From: a virus
Reading direction: 5' to 3' (one strand)
IMG/VR virus record: IMGVR_UViG_3300026026_000070
Location: 1-42,418 of that record
DNA: 42,418 nucleotides
Below the pieces are notes generated by a model that did no database searches, was not told the DNA's origin, and worked only from the letters and a program-made list of their open reading frames with translations. Shown here in pieces: positions 9,356 through 16,551 of the stretch (positions are counted from its first letter, which is position 1; each line of letters opens with the position of its first letter). The translations under genes and the position numbers were made by a program.

Positions 9356-11679
9356 GAACCAATCGCATACGGTGGACTTCGCCCGCAGCACTCGGCGTGT
9401 ACGTCGCACTACTTGTGGCCGTTGTCTATGCACCACAATTATGGGCACTCTGCGGATATGCCGAGCTTGACTGTACGACTACTAGCCGCAAAGTGAAGGT
9501 GAGCCAGAGTCCAGATCATGTTGTTGACTTGAATGGCTCGCTTTGCACTATCACGGGAAGTGGGACTAGTACGTGCACAAGCACCGCTGCGGGAGGAATG
9601 ACAGACACTGGCACTACAAACTACCTACCAAAGTGGACCGGAGCGAACTCACTCGGAAACTCCACCATCTCCGACAACGGGACGTCTGTCTCAATTGGCC
9701 TTCGTGCATCCATTCTCAATGCGTCCCCAACCACAACGCCATCGCTGTCGCTTGGTTCCCTGTATTTGCAGCCATACTCGCTCAACAACGTATTCCTCGT
9801 CGACAACACTTACTTTGACGGCGTTTCGTTCAAATACAGCCAGGCCGGTGCGGCAGGCATGTTCTATTTCCTCGGAAGTGAGGGGCAATTTCGGTTTGCG
9901 CCAGCAGGCTCAGCAGGGGCCACGTTGCCGAACACCTACGGCTACACTCAATTCAAGGTCAATGCCGACGGTACTGTGGCGATGGGCTCGAATAGTTGTC
10001 ACGGAAGCGCCGGGAACTACGCCGGATGCGTGTTGAAGGTCGGTTCAGGCAATACGGTAAGTGTCGGCGGCACGCTATCTGCGACTGGTCCGGTCGTGGC
10101 GTCTAATCCGGTCACAATTGCCGGTGGATTCTTCGGCCCGGCGACAGGAACTGGCACACAGACTTCGACTACTACTTCGCTTCTATCAACGTCGACGCTG
10201 GCCTTGAACGTGACGGGTGGAAATACGAGCACACTACACGCGATCGCTCCGGTGGCATTCGCGGTTGGGGAGTCGTACAACGTGACTGACACGGTATACG
10301 CGACAGCAACAGCAAGTGGCTCGAAGACGTCCAGCTTTGTTATGCCCGGCACAAGGACTAACACCTTCAGCTCGAACGTGGTGTATTCACTTCCCGCAAC
10401 TGGCACGTACACCACGACTGTAACGGCCACCGGAACGGCTACAGTTTTTGGAACGGGTGTGGCTTATCACACCGAAACAGCAGCGGCAGGAGTTAGGACA
10501 TACACCTATGCGGGAACACAGACAGAAACAGTAACTGTCACAGCGACTGCGTCTGTGACAGAGCAAGGTGGGGGCACTGGCACGGTCAGCGCTACAAAGA
10601 CTAGCACTGTTGCCGGTGTTGGCGGAACTGCGACCTTCAGCGAGATAGTGACGCTGACTACAACAACAACAGGCACGTGCTGGGCGTATCCCAAAACGTT
10701 CACGGGATCGGGTACATTCACGGGTAGCCTGTACATGGCAGACGCTTTCTACGAAGCTGGCACAAAGACGTCTACGACGATCAAGACCGACGCTGGCACT
10801 GAAACGCTAACCCACACTGCGACCGCGACCGGAACGGGATCATGGACCTATAGCATGACCCACATTGACAGCACCAACACCGCCCTCGTGAGTGACAACC
10901 CTACTGTGGTCATGAACGGGACTGTCACAACCACTGTGCTCGGCACGCATACCCATACTTCAGCGGACATCTACGGCACTTTCACAGTGACCCAGGTCAG
11001 CGGGGCTGTAGCCGATACGGACACGCGCCTCACCAATGGGCGCGACTCTACGAACCACATGCATATCAGTGGTGGCTACATGGACGTTGGCACTGAGACC
11101 CGAGTGTGGGCGTATATCAGCGAGAACGCCACGGCTGTCGTCACCAACGCAGTCACGGGGGTCGTGGTATTGCCGAATTCGACGAAGACGCTCACAGGGA
11201 CTGCGACGATCACAGAAACAGACTTGGCGACTGCTACGCCGACCGCGAATAAGAGCCCAATCGCAAACAGTTCGGGGAAGCTCGACATAGGCTGGCTGCC
11301 GATTGTTACGCACGCTGTGACTCAAACTGGCACGATATCATCCACAGCTACAAAAGTGAGCATCGGTGCAGTAGTCGGTCCTGGCGTTGCCGGAACTTAC
11401 AGAGTTAGCTATGAAGCTACGGGAAACGTGGGAGGTAGCGCGAATTCTTGCAGCTTTGGCGTAGAGACTGACTGCACATACAACCCGCCGCTACACTATA
11501 CAAGTGCAGCAGGAGGAGCAGCCTACTATTTCACAGTGTCGGGGTCACATTTGCACACTCTTAGCTCAGCTACTACCTGCACCTATACACTGTACATGCG
11601 CACAGTCTCAAATGGTCTTTATTGTCTTGTGGACAATGCAGGATCTGGAGACTTGTGGCTTGAGAGGGTAGCACAGTGA
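9352..11679 (+). CDS. Tail fibre protein (Thr/Gly/Ser-rich)
   Basis: The ATG at 9352 has AGGAGG 9 nt upstream and forms an ATGA overlap with the gpJ-like stop. Fibre-type motifs are NYLPKWTGANSLGNSTISDNGTSVSIG and SSGKLDIGWLP. A long T/G/S-rich middle separates them. Confidence 0.75.
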   Translation: MRTNRIRWTSPAALGVYVALLVAVVYAPQLWALCGYAELDCTTTSRKVKVSQSPDHVVDLNGSLCTITGSGTSTCTSTAAGGMTDTGTTNYLPKWTGANSLGNSTISDNGTSVSIGLRASILNASPTTTPSLSLGSLYLQPYSLNNVFLVDNTYFDGVSFKYSQAGAAGMFYFLGSEGQFRFAPAGSAGATLPNTYGYTQFKVNADGTVAMGSNSCHGSAGNYAGCVLKVGSGNTVSVGGTLSATGPVVASNPVTIAGGFFGPATGTGTQTSTTTSLLSTSTLALNVTGGNTSTLHAIAPVAFAVGESYNVTDTVYATATASGSKTSSFVMPGTRTNTFSSNVVYSLPATGTYTTTVTATGTATVFGTGVAYHTETAAAGVRTYTYAGTQTETVTVTATASVTEQGGGTGTVSATKTSTVAGVGGTATFSEIVTLTTTTTGTCWAYPKTFTGSGTFTGSLYMADAFYEAGTKTSTTIKTDAGTETLTHTATATGTGSWTYSMTHIDSTNTALVSDNPTVVMNGTVTTTVLGTHTHTSADIYGTFTVTQVSGAVADTDTRLTNGRDSTNHMHISGGYMDVGTETRVWAYISENATAVVTNAVTGVVVLPNSTKTLTGTATITETDLATATPTANKSPIANSSGKLDIGWLPIVTHAVTQTGTISSTATKVSIGAVVGPGVAGTYRVSYEATGNVGGSANSCSFGVETDCTYNPPLHYTSAAGGAAYYFTVSGSHLHTLSSATTCTYTLYMRTVSNGLYCLVDNAGSGDLWLERVAQ

Positions 11680-11705
11680 TTACTTCACGCTCGGAGGTAC
11701 CGGAC

Positions 11706-12077
11706 ATGAACACGAAGTGGATCACCCTAGCAATCGCGATTCTCTCGACTATCGCGACTGGCTTATTTGCCGTCGAGGGAACCTTGCCACCGGCCTGGGC
11801 TGCGCTGATCGCGGCGCTTGGAGCAGGAGCCTACGGCATCGTGCGGGCGCTCCAGAAACGAGCAGCAGGGGCGGACTGGAAGTCCTTGCTTTTGACTACT
11901 GAGGCATGGGGCGCAGCGCTTGCCATCGTGGCGCCGATCATGTTGGCTGCGGCCGGGCTCATGAGCGGCACGCGTGCAGCTCAAGTTGCGGTGGTCGCGG
12001 CAGCTCTACTCAAGGGGGCGCGCATGTTGCAGGCGGGATTGCCAGGCTCGCCTGCAAAGACTGCTGACAAGCCATGA
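11706..12077 (+). CDS. Multi-pass membrane protein, holin-like
   Basis: The ATG at 11706 has GGAGGT 7 nt upstream; an alternative GTG at 11676 overlaps the fibre stop. By eye there are three or four hydrophobic helices. It sits at the end of the late operon. Confidence 0.55.
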   Translation: MNTKWITLAIAILSTIATGLFAVEGTLPPAWAALIAALGAGAYGIVRALQKRAAGADWKSLLLTTEAWGAALAIVAPIMLAAAGLMSGTRAAQVAVVAAALLKGARMLQAGLPGSPAKTADKP

Positions 12078-12214
12078 GGCTCGTTATTCTCGCAGCCTTG
12101 CTGCTGTCAAGTTGCGCAACTGCTATTCCCATTGTAGTCTCCTCGGCGTATACAGCGATACAGACAGCTTGTGCCTATCTACCGGATTCGCTAGAAAACA
12201 CAAAGCAACAGTAG
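12074..12214 (+). CDS. Small lipoprotein (46 aa; o-spanin-like or exclusion lipoprotein)
   Basis: Not in the ORF track because it is under 60 aa. It starts in an ATGA overlap with the upstream gene. Hand translation gives MRLVILAALLLSSCATAIPIVVSSAYTAIQTACAYLPDSLENTKQQ, with lipobox L-S-S-C. Confidence 0.6.
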   Translation: MRLVILAALLLSSCATAIPIVVSSAYTAIQTACAYLPDSLENTKQQ

Positions 12215-12244
12215 CACGGCTTCGCACAGAGGAGTATTTGACAA

Positions 12245-12550
12245 ATGAGCGAGCACGAAAAAACACCGATCCCAGATGCATTCAAATTGGCGATGATCGA
12301 GAATTGCCAGGAGTGCCCAATACGAAAGCAAATGGAAGAGGTGGTCAAAGTGCTTGCAGAACGCAAAGGAGAGAAAGCCGTGTGGTCAAAAGTCTCGACA
12401 GTAGCAACTGCAATTGTGGGCATTCTTCTAGCAGCATTTTTAAACTACAAGTTTGCACAGTTTCGTCAATTGCAGGAAGACGTGGCGAAGCGCCTGAAGG
12501 AGTCGCAGGACAGCCATGCTTTGATACTCGAACGCTCTCAAAAGCACTAG
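12245..12550 (+). CDS. Single-pass membrane protein with a charged C-terminal tail
   Basis: 101 aa with a central hydrophobic helix (VSTVATAIVGILLAAFLNY) and a charged helical C-terminus. It is the last gene of the rightward arm. Confidence 0.55.
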   Translation: MSEHEKTPIPDAFKLAMIENCQECPIRKQMEEVVKVLAERKGEKAVWSKVSTVATAIVGILLAAFLNYKFAQFRQLQEDVAKRLKESQDSHALILERSQKH

Positions 12551-14544
12551 ACGTCCCGCAATTCGCCCCAGTTGGGGCCGCGTTCCTCATTCACGATCAA
12601 TGGCACTCGCAACCGTAGCGGTGTTTCCATGATGTGCTTCATTTCACGGAAGGCTTCGTTTGTGCTGTTGCCTGCATCGCTGAAATCCTTTTCATCGTGC
12701 ACAATCAAGCGAGGTACACCTGTTTGTGCATAGACTCCGCTTTGCCAGCACTTGAGCATTGCCACCTTGAACAAATCTGCTGCGCCACCCTGCAGGCGAC
12801 GATTGAGACTGCGGTAGGCATAGGCGCGCTTGATCTGCCCATACGTCAATAGTGCCTCATTGTAGGGCAACGGAGGATTGGCTAGCCTCGCGGCTGCGCA
12901 CTTCGCGCGGGTTACAGGTTCCCACAAATCGAATCGACTACGCCGACCAAGTAGCGTTGTGATGTAGCCGAGGCGCTCGACTTCGTCACAGCACGCAGCC
13001 ATTGTAGCGCGTACGAAAGGCACACCACGATGGTAGGCCGCAAGTATTGTCTTTGCCTCACGCAATGGCTTGTTGATCAACTCAGCTAGATGGCCTTCAC
13101 CCATGCCGTAGACGCAACCGAAATTGATGTTCTTCACTAGAAAACGCCAGAATTTAACAAGCTCTGGTGTGGACATGTCCCAACCTGCCTGTGGGCCTAC
13201 CACTTCATGTTGCACCCAAGAGTGGTAATCAGTGTTGGGATCTGTTGCATACTTACAGCGCGCTTCATCTGCGCCAGGACCTACAGCGTAATGGACGAGT
13301 AGGCGATATTCGATTTGTGACTCGTCAAACTTACGCCACTGCTTGTGACCACTGTCAGGAATGAATAGTCCACGAATTTTCTTCCCCCACACCTTGTCAC
13401 GCACCGGTATGTTTTGCAGATCCGGATCGTTGCTGCTAAAGCGTCCGCTGCGTGCTCCAGTCTCGTCTGCTCGCAATGGATTGAAGCTACAATAAACCTT
13501 GCCTTTGACGTGCGCGCCAAGTATGTAGTTTTCCACGAATGTGGTGCGTAGCTTGTCGAGCTTGCGGATTTCGTTGACTGCACCGGCAATGGGATTATGG
13601 CAAGCGACTAGGAAGTCTTTGTCGAAACTCGGCGCACCCTTCGGCGTTCTGTCGTAGGGATACCCGAATTTGTCAAAGGCTTTGGCGATGCTTGCAGCCG
13701 CATTGACGTTGACGTCGAAGCCAACTATTGATCGCAGCTTGGCTTGTTCGATTGTGGACGCTGCGAGCAAGTCGGAACGCACTTGCTCTGCACGCACTAG
13801 ATCAACTGACACGCCAGCAAACCGCATTTCAACTAGTAGCGGAATGAGTGCGCACTCCATGCGGAATAGGTCGACCAATTCTTCGCTTTGCAATCGTTGC
13901 CATTGCTTGTCGAGCACAGCGAAAGGCAAGTCAACGTCGCCTTCGGCGTAGGGTCCGACTAGCCGAGGTGGTGCGCGCCAGATGTTCATGCGTTGGTCAA
14001 CTCCCCCGCCATACCAAGCGCGGCACCAATCATAGAGCTGTGATGACGTCTTTCCTTTGTCGAGGTAGCGCTGTCCTAGATCGTCGAGATTGACGGTTGC
14101 AGCTTCGTCAAGTAGCGCTTCAGCGAATTCGACGTCGTATAGTTCGCCTTGCACGAGCACACCTTCGGCACGTAGTGAGCCAACATCGTACATGAGATTC
14201 GCGCCTAGTTTTGGTTGCTGTGGCCTAGCTAGCTCAACTGCTGCCCATGCGAGTACATGTTCAGGCTGAAGGTTGTAGCTTGCCTCGACAGTGTGACGAA
14301 TCGGGAAGTAACGTCGCCAGCCGTCGTCTGTGCCCACTGCAATGCCTACGAGGTGGCTGCGTCCGCGAGCCCAGCCTGGGCCATGTGCTGTCAGTTCAGG
14401 ATCGTAGGTTTCAACGTCAATTGCAAGAGCATGTGCGGCCGCAAGGCTAGGCAGATCGCGCGGCGTTTGCCAGCCTGTCTCGGGTATTGGCGGCATCAGT
14501 CGCCGCACTTCCGGGCGATCGTCGTGCCAGAAAAGCCCGGTCAT
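12547..14544 (-). CDS. Family A DNA polymerase with 3'-5' exonuclease domain
   Basis: Exonuclease motifs are AIDVETYD, NLMYD and YAEGD. Polymerase motifs are DESQIEYR (motif A), KNINFGCVYG (motif B), IVHDE (motif C) and QGGAADL. The chosen start, ATG at 14544, forms an ATGA overlap with the upstream stop; the ORF track begins at 14613. Confidence 0.9.
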   Translation of the reverse strand: MTGLFWHDDRPEVRRLMPPIPETGWQTPRDLPSLAAAHALAIDVETYDPELTAHGPGWARGRSHLVGIAVGTDDGWRRYFPIRHTVEASYNLQPEHVLAWAAVELARPQQPKLGANLMYDVGSLRAEGVLVQGELYDVEFAEALLDEAATVNLDDLGQRYLDKGKTSSQLYDWCRAWYGGGVDQRMNIWRAPPRLVGPYAEGDVDLPFAVLDKQWQRLQSEELVDLFRMECALIPLLVEMRFAGVSVDLVRAEQVRSDLLAASTIEQAKLRSIVGFDVNVNAAASIAKAFDKFGYPYDRTPKGAPSFDKDFLVACHNPIAGAVNEIRKLDKLRTTFVENYILGAHVKGKVYCSFNPLRADETGARSGRFSSNDPDLQNIPVRDKVWGKKIRGLFIPDSGHKQWRKFDESQIEYRLLVHYAVGPGADEARCKYATDPNTDYHSWVQHEVVGPQAGWDMSTPELVKFWRFLVKNINFGCVYGMGEGHLAELINKPLREAKTILAAYHRGVPFVRATMAACCDEVERLGYITTLLGRRSRFDLWEPVTRAKCAAARLANPPLPYNEALLTYGQIKRAYAYRSLNRRLQGGAADLFKVAMLKCWQSGVYAQTGVPRLIVHDEKDFSDAGNSTNEAFREMKHIMETPLRLRVPLIVNEERGPNWGELRDV

Positions 14545-15089
14545 GCCGCACGTGCAATGCGCTTGTGCGCGACTGCTAGCTGTCGAGGCGCAGCGGCCAG
14601 CACTTCGTACCATGCGCGACGCTCGACTGACACCCAGCTAGTGCTGAACAGTGGCCACACCTTCGGGCGAAGCATGCGTAGCAGATCGGGATTTGTCACG
14701 AACAATCGGAACAACTCAGCAAACCACTCATTGCTATTTGGGCAGTAGCCTGTCAAGGCTTCCGGATCTGTAGGTCGCCACAAATGCGAGAGTGTTCCGC
14801 CTTTTGCGCCGTGCTGCTTGTCAACATGATGGCCAAGCTCGTGTGCTAGAACGCCAAACGGCGTACGATCTACACTGTAACCTGGATAGCTCCAACATCT
14901 GCCAGCAGTGCCAATTGCTGCACAAGCATTTGGCCAAATGTCAATGGTTCCATTGCGGTAGTAGGCACAGACTCCGAAGTCACAGTGTCCTAGCCAGTGT
15001 TCGTTAATGACAGGTATTGCGACGCTATTAGCTCGGCACCATTCGTGCACGTGTTGTTTTCCTGCTGTGAGCAATTCTTGTTTTGTCAT
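14541..15089 (-). CDS. Zinc metallopeptidase, ImmA/IrrE-like (HExxH)
   Basis: HELGHH is followed about 40 aa later by NEWFAELFRLFVTNP, which matches the E..A..FA...L.P pattern of COG2856-type peptidases. It has ATGA overlaps at both ends. Confidence 0.5.
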   Translation of the reverse strand: MTKQELLTAGKQHVHEWCRANSVAIPVINEHWLGHCDFGVCAYYRNGTIDIWPNACAAIGTAGRCWSYPGYSVDRTPFGVLAHELGHHVDKQHGAKGGTLSHLWRPTDPEALTGYCPNSNEWFAELFRLFVTNPDLLRMLRPKVWPLFSTSWVSVERRAWYEVLAAAPRQLAVAHKRIARAA

Positions 15090-16012
15090 ATTCGCCCCAA
15101 GATCACACCGCGCGTACGTTCGCCCGTGAACCTGCATGGCTGTGGGTAGTCCGCGAAAGCTATTGCGGTTGCGATATCTTCTAGGCTCGCCAATTGACGA
15201 AGCGAGAAGCGTGCACCTGCAGGAATACCAGGAACCTCATAGGCTGCCGCCTCTGTGACGAGCTTGCTTTCGAGCAAGCGAACATCCTCGCCGAAGGGGG
15301 CGAGTCGCGCAAGTGCCTCGAAGAAGCCATCAGGCAACGCAGGTGCAGTCGCATGCGATAGCAGTGCCGTCAACGAAGGTGGCCACACTGTAGGGTGTAG
15401 TACGGTGCGAAGCCATCGCCCGTCGGCATAGTGGAACGTTGCCGATCGATCACACAGTTGTGCGTGCGAGGGAGTGTCACCCATGCGCAATAGCTCTCGC
15501 ACAGCTACTAGCGGAATGTTGATATCCACTGGTAATTTACTGCCACACCAATACTCGACTAGAATGGTATTATTTGTGGCGTATGCCGAGGAGTCGCGGA
15601 AGAGTACACCATTGAACGCTTGCCTAGTTGTGTCTGTGGATACGTAAGGTGCTAGGGTCTGGAGCGCCTGCAGGAAGGTAGCGTCTATGGGGCAGGTGAA
15701 GCCTTCGGGTACGACACGCGGAAACGTGTTGGCAGTGCACGGCACTGTTACTTGAAGTGGACCACTTTTGACTACTAGACCGTGTTCTGTTAGGTGCAGC
15801 TGCGCAGGTTCTACGCATGCTTCGATGGCCTTGACAAACAGATCGGCATTGGGACAAGCGGCCAAGTCGAGCACAACAGGCGCACAGATTGCAACAGTTC
15901 CGTTGAAGCTGACAGCGTAGCCACCGCCAATTGCAATATGCTGCAATGCTGGCATGTAGTCGCTTTTAGCGACTGCGCCTGCTACACACTTTAGCGCTTG
16001 CAGTAGCTCCAT
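15086..16012 (-). CDS. DNA sliding clamp-like protein (DnaN-like)
   Basis: The ATG at 16012 has GAAGGA 6 nt upstream. The N-terminus MELLQALKCVAGAVAKSDYMPALQHIAI resembles beta-clamp N-termini. At 308 aa it is co-operonic with the polymerase. Confidence 0.5.
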   Translation of the reverse strand: MELLQALKCVAGAVAKSDYMPALQHIAIGGGYAVSFNGTVAICAPVVLDLAACPNADLFVKAIEACVEPAQLHLTEHGLVVKSGPLQVTVPCTANTFPRVVPEGFTCPIDATFLQALQTLAPYVSTDTTRQAFNGVLFRDSSAYATNNTILVEYWCGSKLPVDINIPLVAVRELLRMGDTPSHAQLCDRSATFHYADGRWLRTVLHPTVWPPSLTALLSHATAPALPDGFFEALARLAPFGEDVRLLESKLVTEAAAYEVPGIPAGARFSLRQLASLEDIATAIAFADYPQPCRFTGERTRGVILGRI

Positions 16013-16032
16013 GCAGATCCTTCGTGATAGTG

Positions 16033-16078
16033 AAAAAACGTGGGAGGCTGCGCCCGGCATCGGATCGTAGCCTCCCAC
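16033..16078 (-). terminator. Intrinsic terminator: 10-bp perfect GC-rich stem followed by G and T6
   Basis: GTGGGAGGCT (16040..16049) pairs with AGCCTCCCAC (16069..16078). On the minus strand the hairpin is followed by GTTTTTT (16039..16033). The T-tract ends 21 nt before the clamp ATG. Confidence 0.75.
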
Positions 16079-16371
16079 TTGGTTCTAGGGAAGTATGTAC
16101 AATACTGTGCTTTTGTTCTCTTCTCTTTCCGGTCTATTACGACCGGGGAACCATGGCGCCACCTCCTTTCCGTAGGCTCAAGTTGACGGCTCGAACGTCG
16201 GTACACCGTAAGCCGCAATGGCTAGTCAGGCGATTGGGCCATGCCTGACACTGGCGTGCTATCCTGCACATTATGTACACTTGAGTTTCCTTGTAGTCTC
16301 GGTTTCGATTGTGCGCATAGCCTCGACTACGTTAAGCCTGTAGGCTTCACACATAAGCCGAATCCGGCAAT
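16033..16371 (-). ncRNA. Candidate noncoding RNA or leader bounded by a promoter and a terminator
   Basis: There is no sense ORF of 60 aa or more. Several hairpins and a 7-bp long-range helix are visible. A strong SD precedes a 5-codon mini-ORF (16154..16137). No known RNA family was recognised. Confidence 0.35.
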
Positions 16372-16377
16372 TTTAAT

Positions 16378-16406
16378 ATTATAGTGCGCCTGCCACTTGC
16401 TCAACA
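16378..16406 (-). promoter_or_regulatory. Sigma70-like promoter candidate
   Basis: The minus strand carries a perfect TATAAT at 16383..16378. The -35 region contains TTGTTGAGC, so the spacer is 15-18 nt depending on register. Confidence 0.45.
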
Positions 16407-16551
16407 AAAGTGTGCAGGCTAGGTGCTGGTTGCGGCTAGCTACGCGATCACAATCTATCGCTAGCAAGCCGACACAGCACAATATCCACATTGGCATTTG
16501 CTTGTGCCTCCCAAGGTGCCCGCGTCCGTCGACGCGAGCACGAGCGAGGCG

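Noticed and set aside
9352-11679. Diversity-generating retroelement targeting the fibre or neck repeats
   Set aside because: The closed genome contains no reverse transcriptase ORF, and no template/variable repeat pair is visible by eye.
11974-12618. 214-aa plus-strand ORF spanning the lipoprotein and membrane-protein genes
   Set aside because: Its translation is Arg/Ser/Cys-rich and looks unnatural. It crosses the convergent junction into the polymerase gene and conflicts with three better-supported genes.
16177-16285. tRNA gene on the minus strand (T-loop-like GACG-TTCGAGC-CGTC next to a 7-bp helix)
   Set aside because: The enclosed segment is about 109 nt. I could not build a canonical D-arm or a 7-nt anticodon loop, and the first T-stem pair is mismatched. 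There is no CCA. It is kept only as a tRNA-like feature of the candidate ncRNA.
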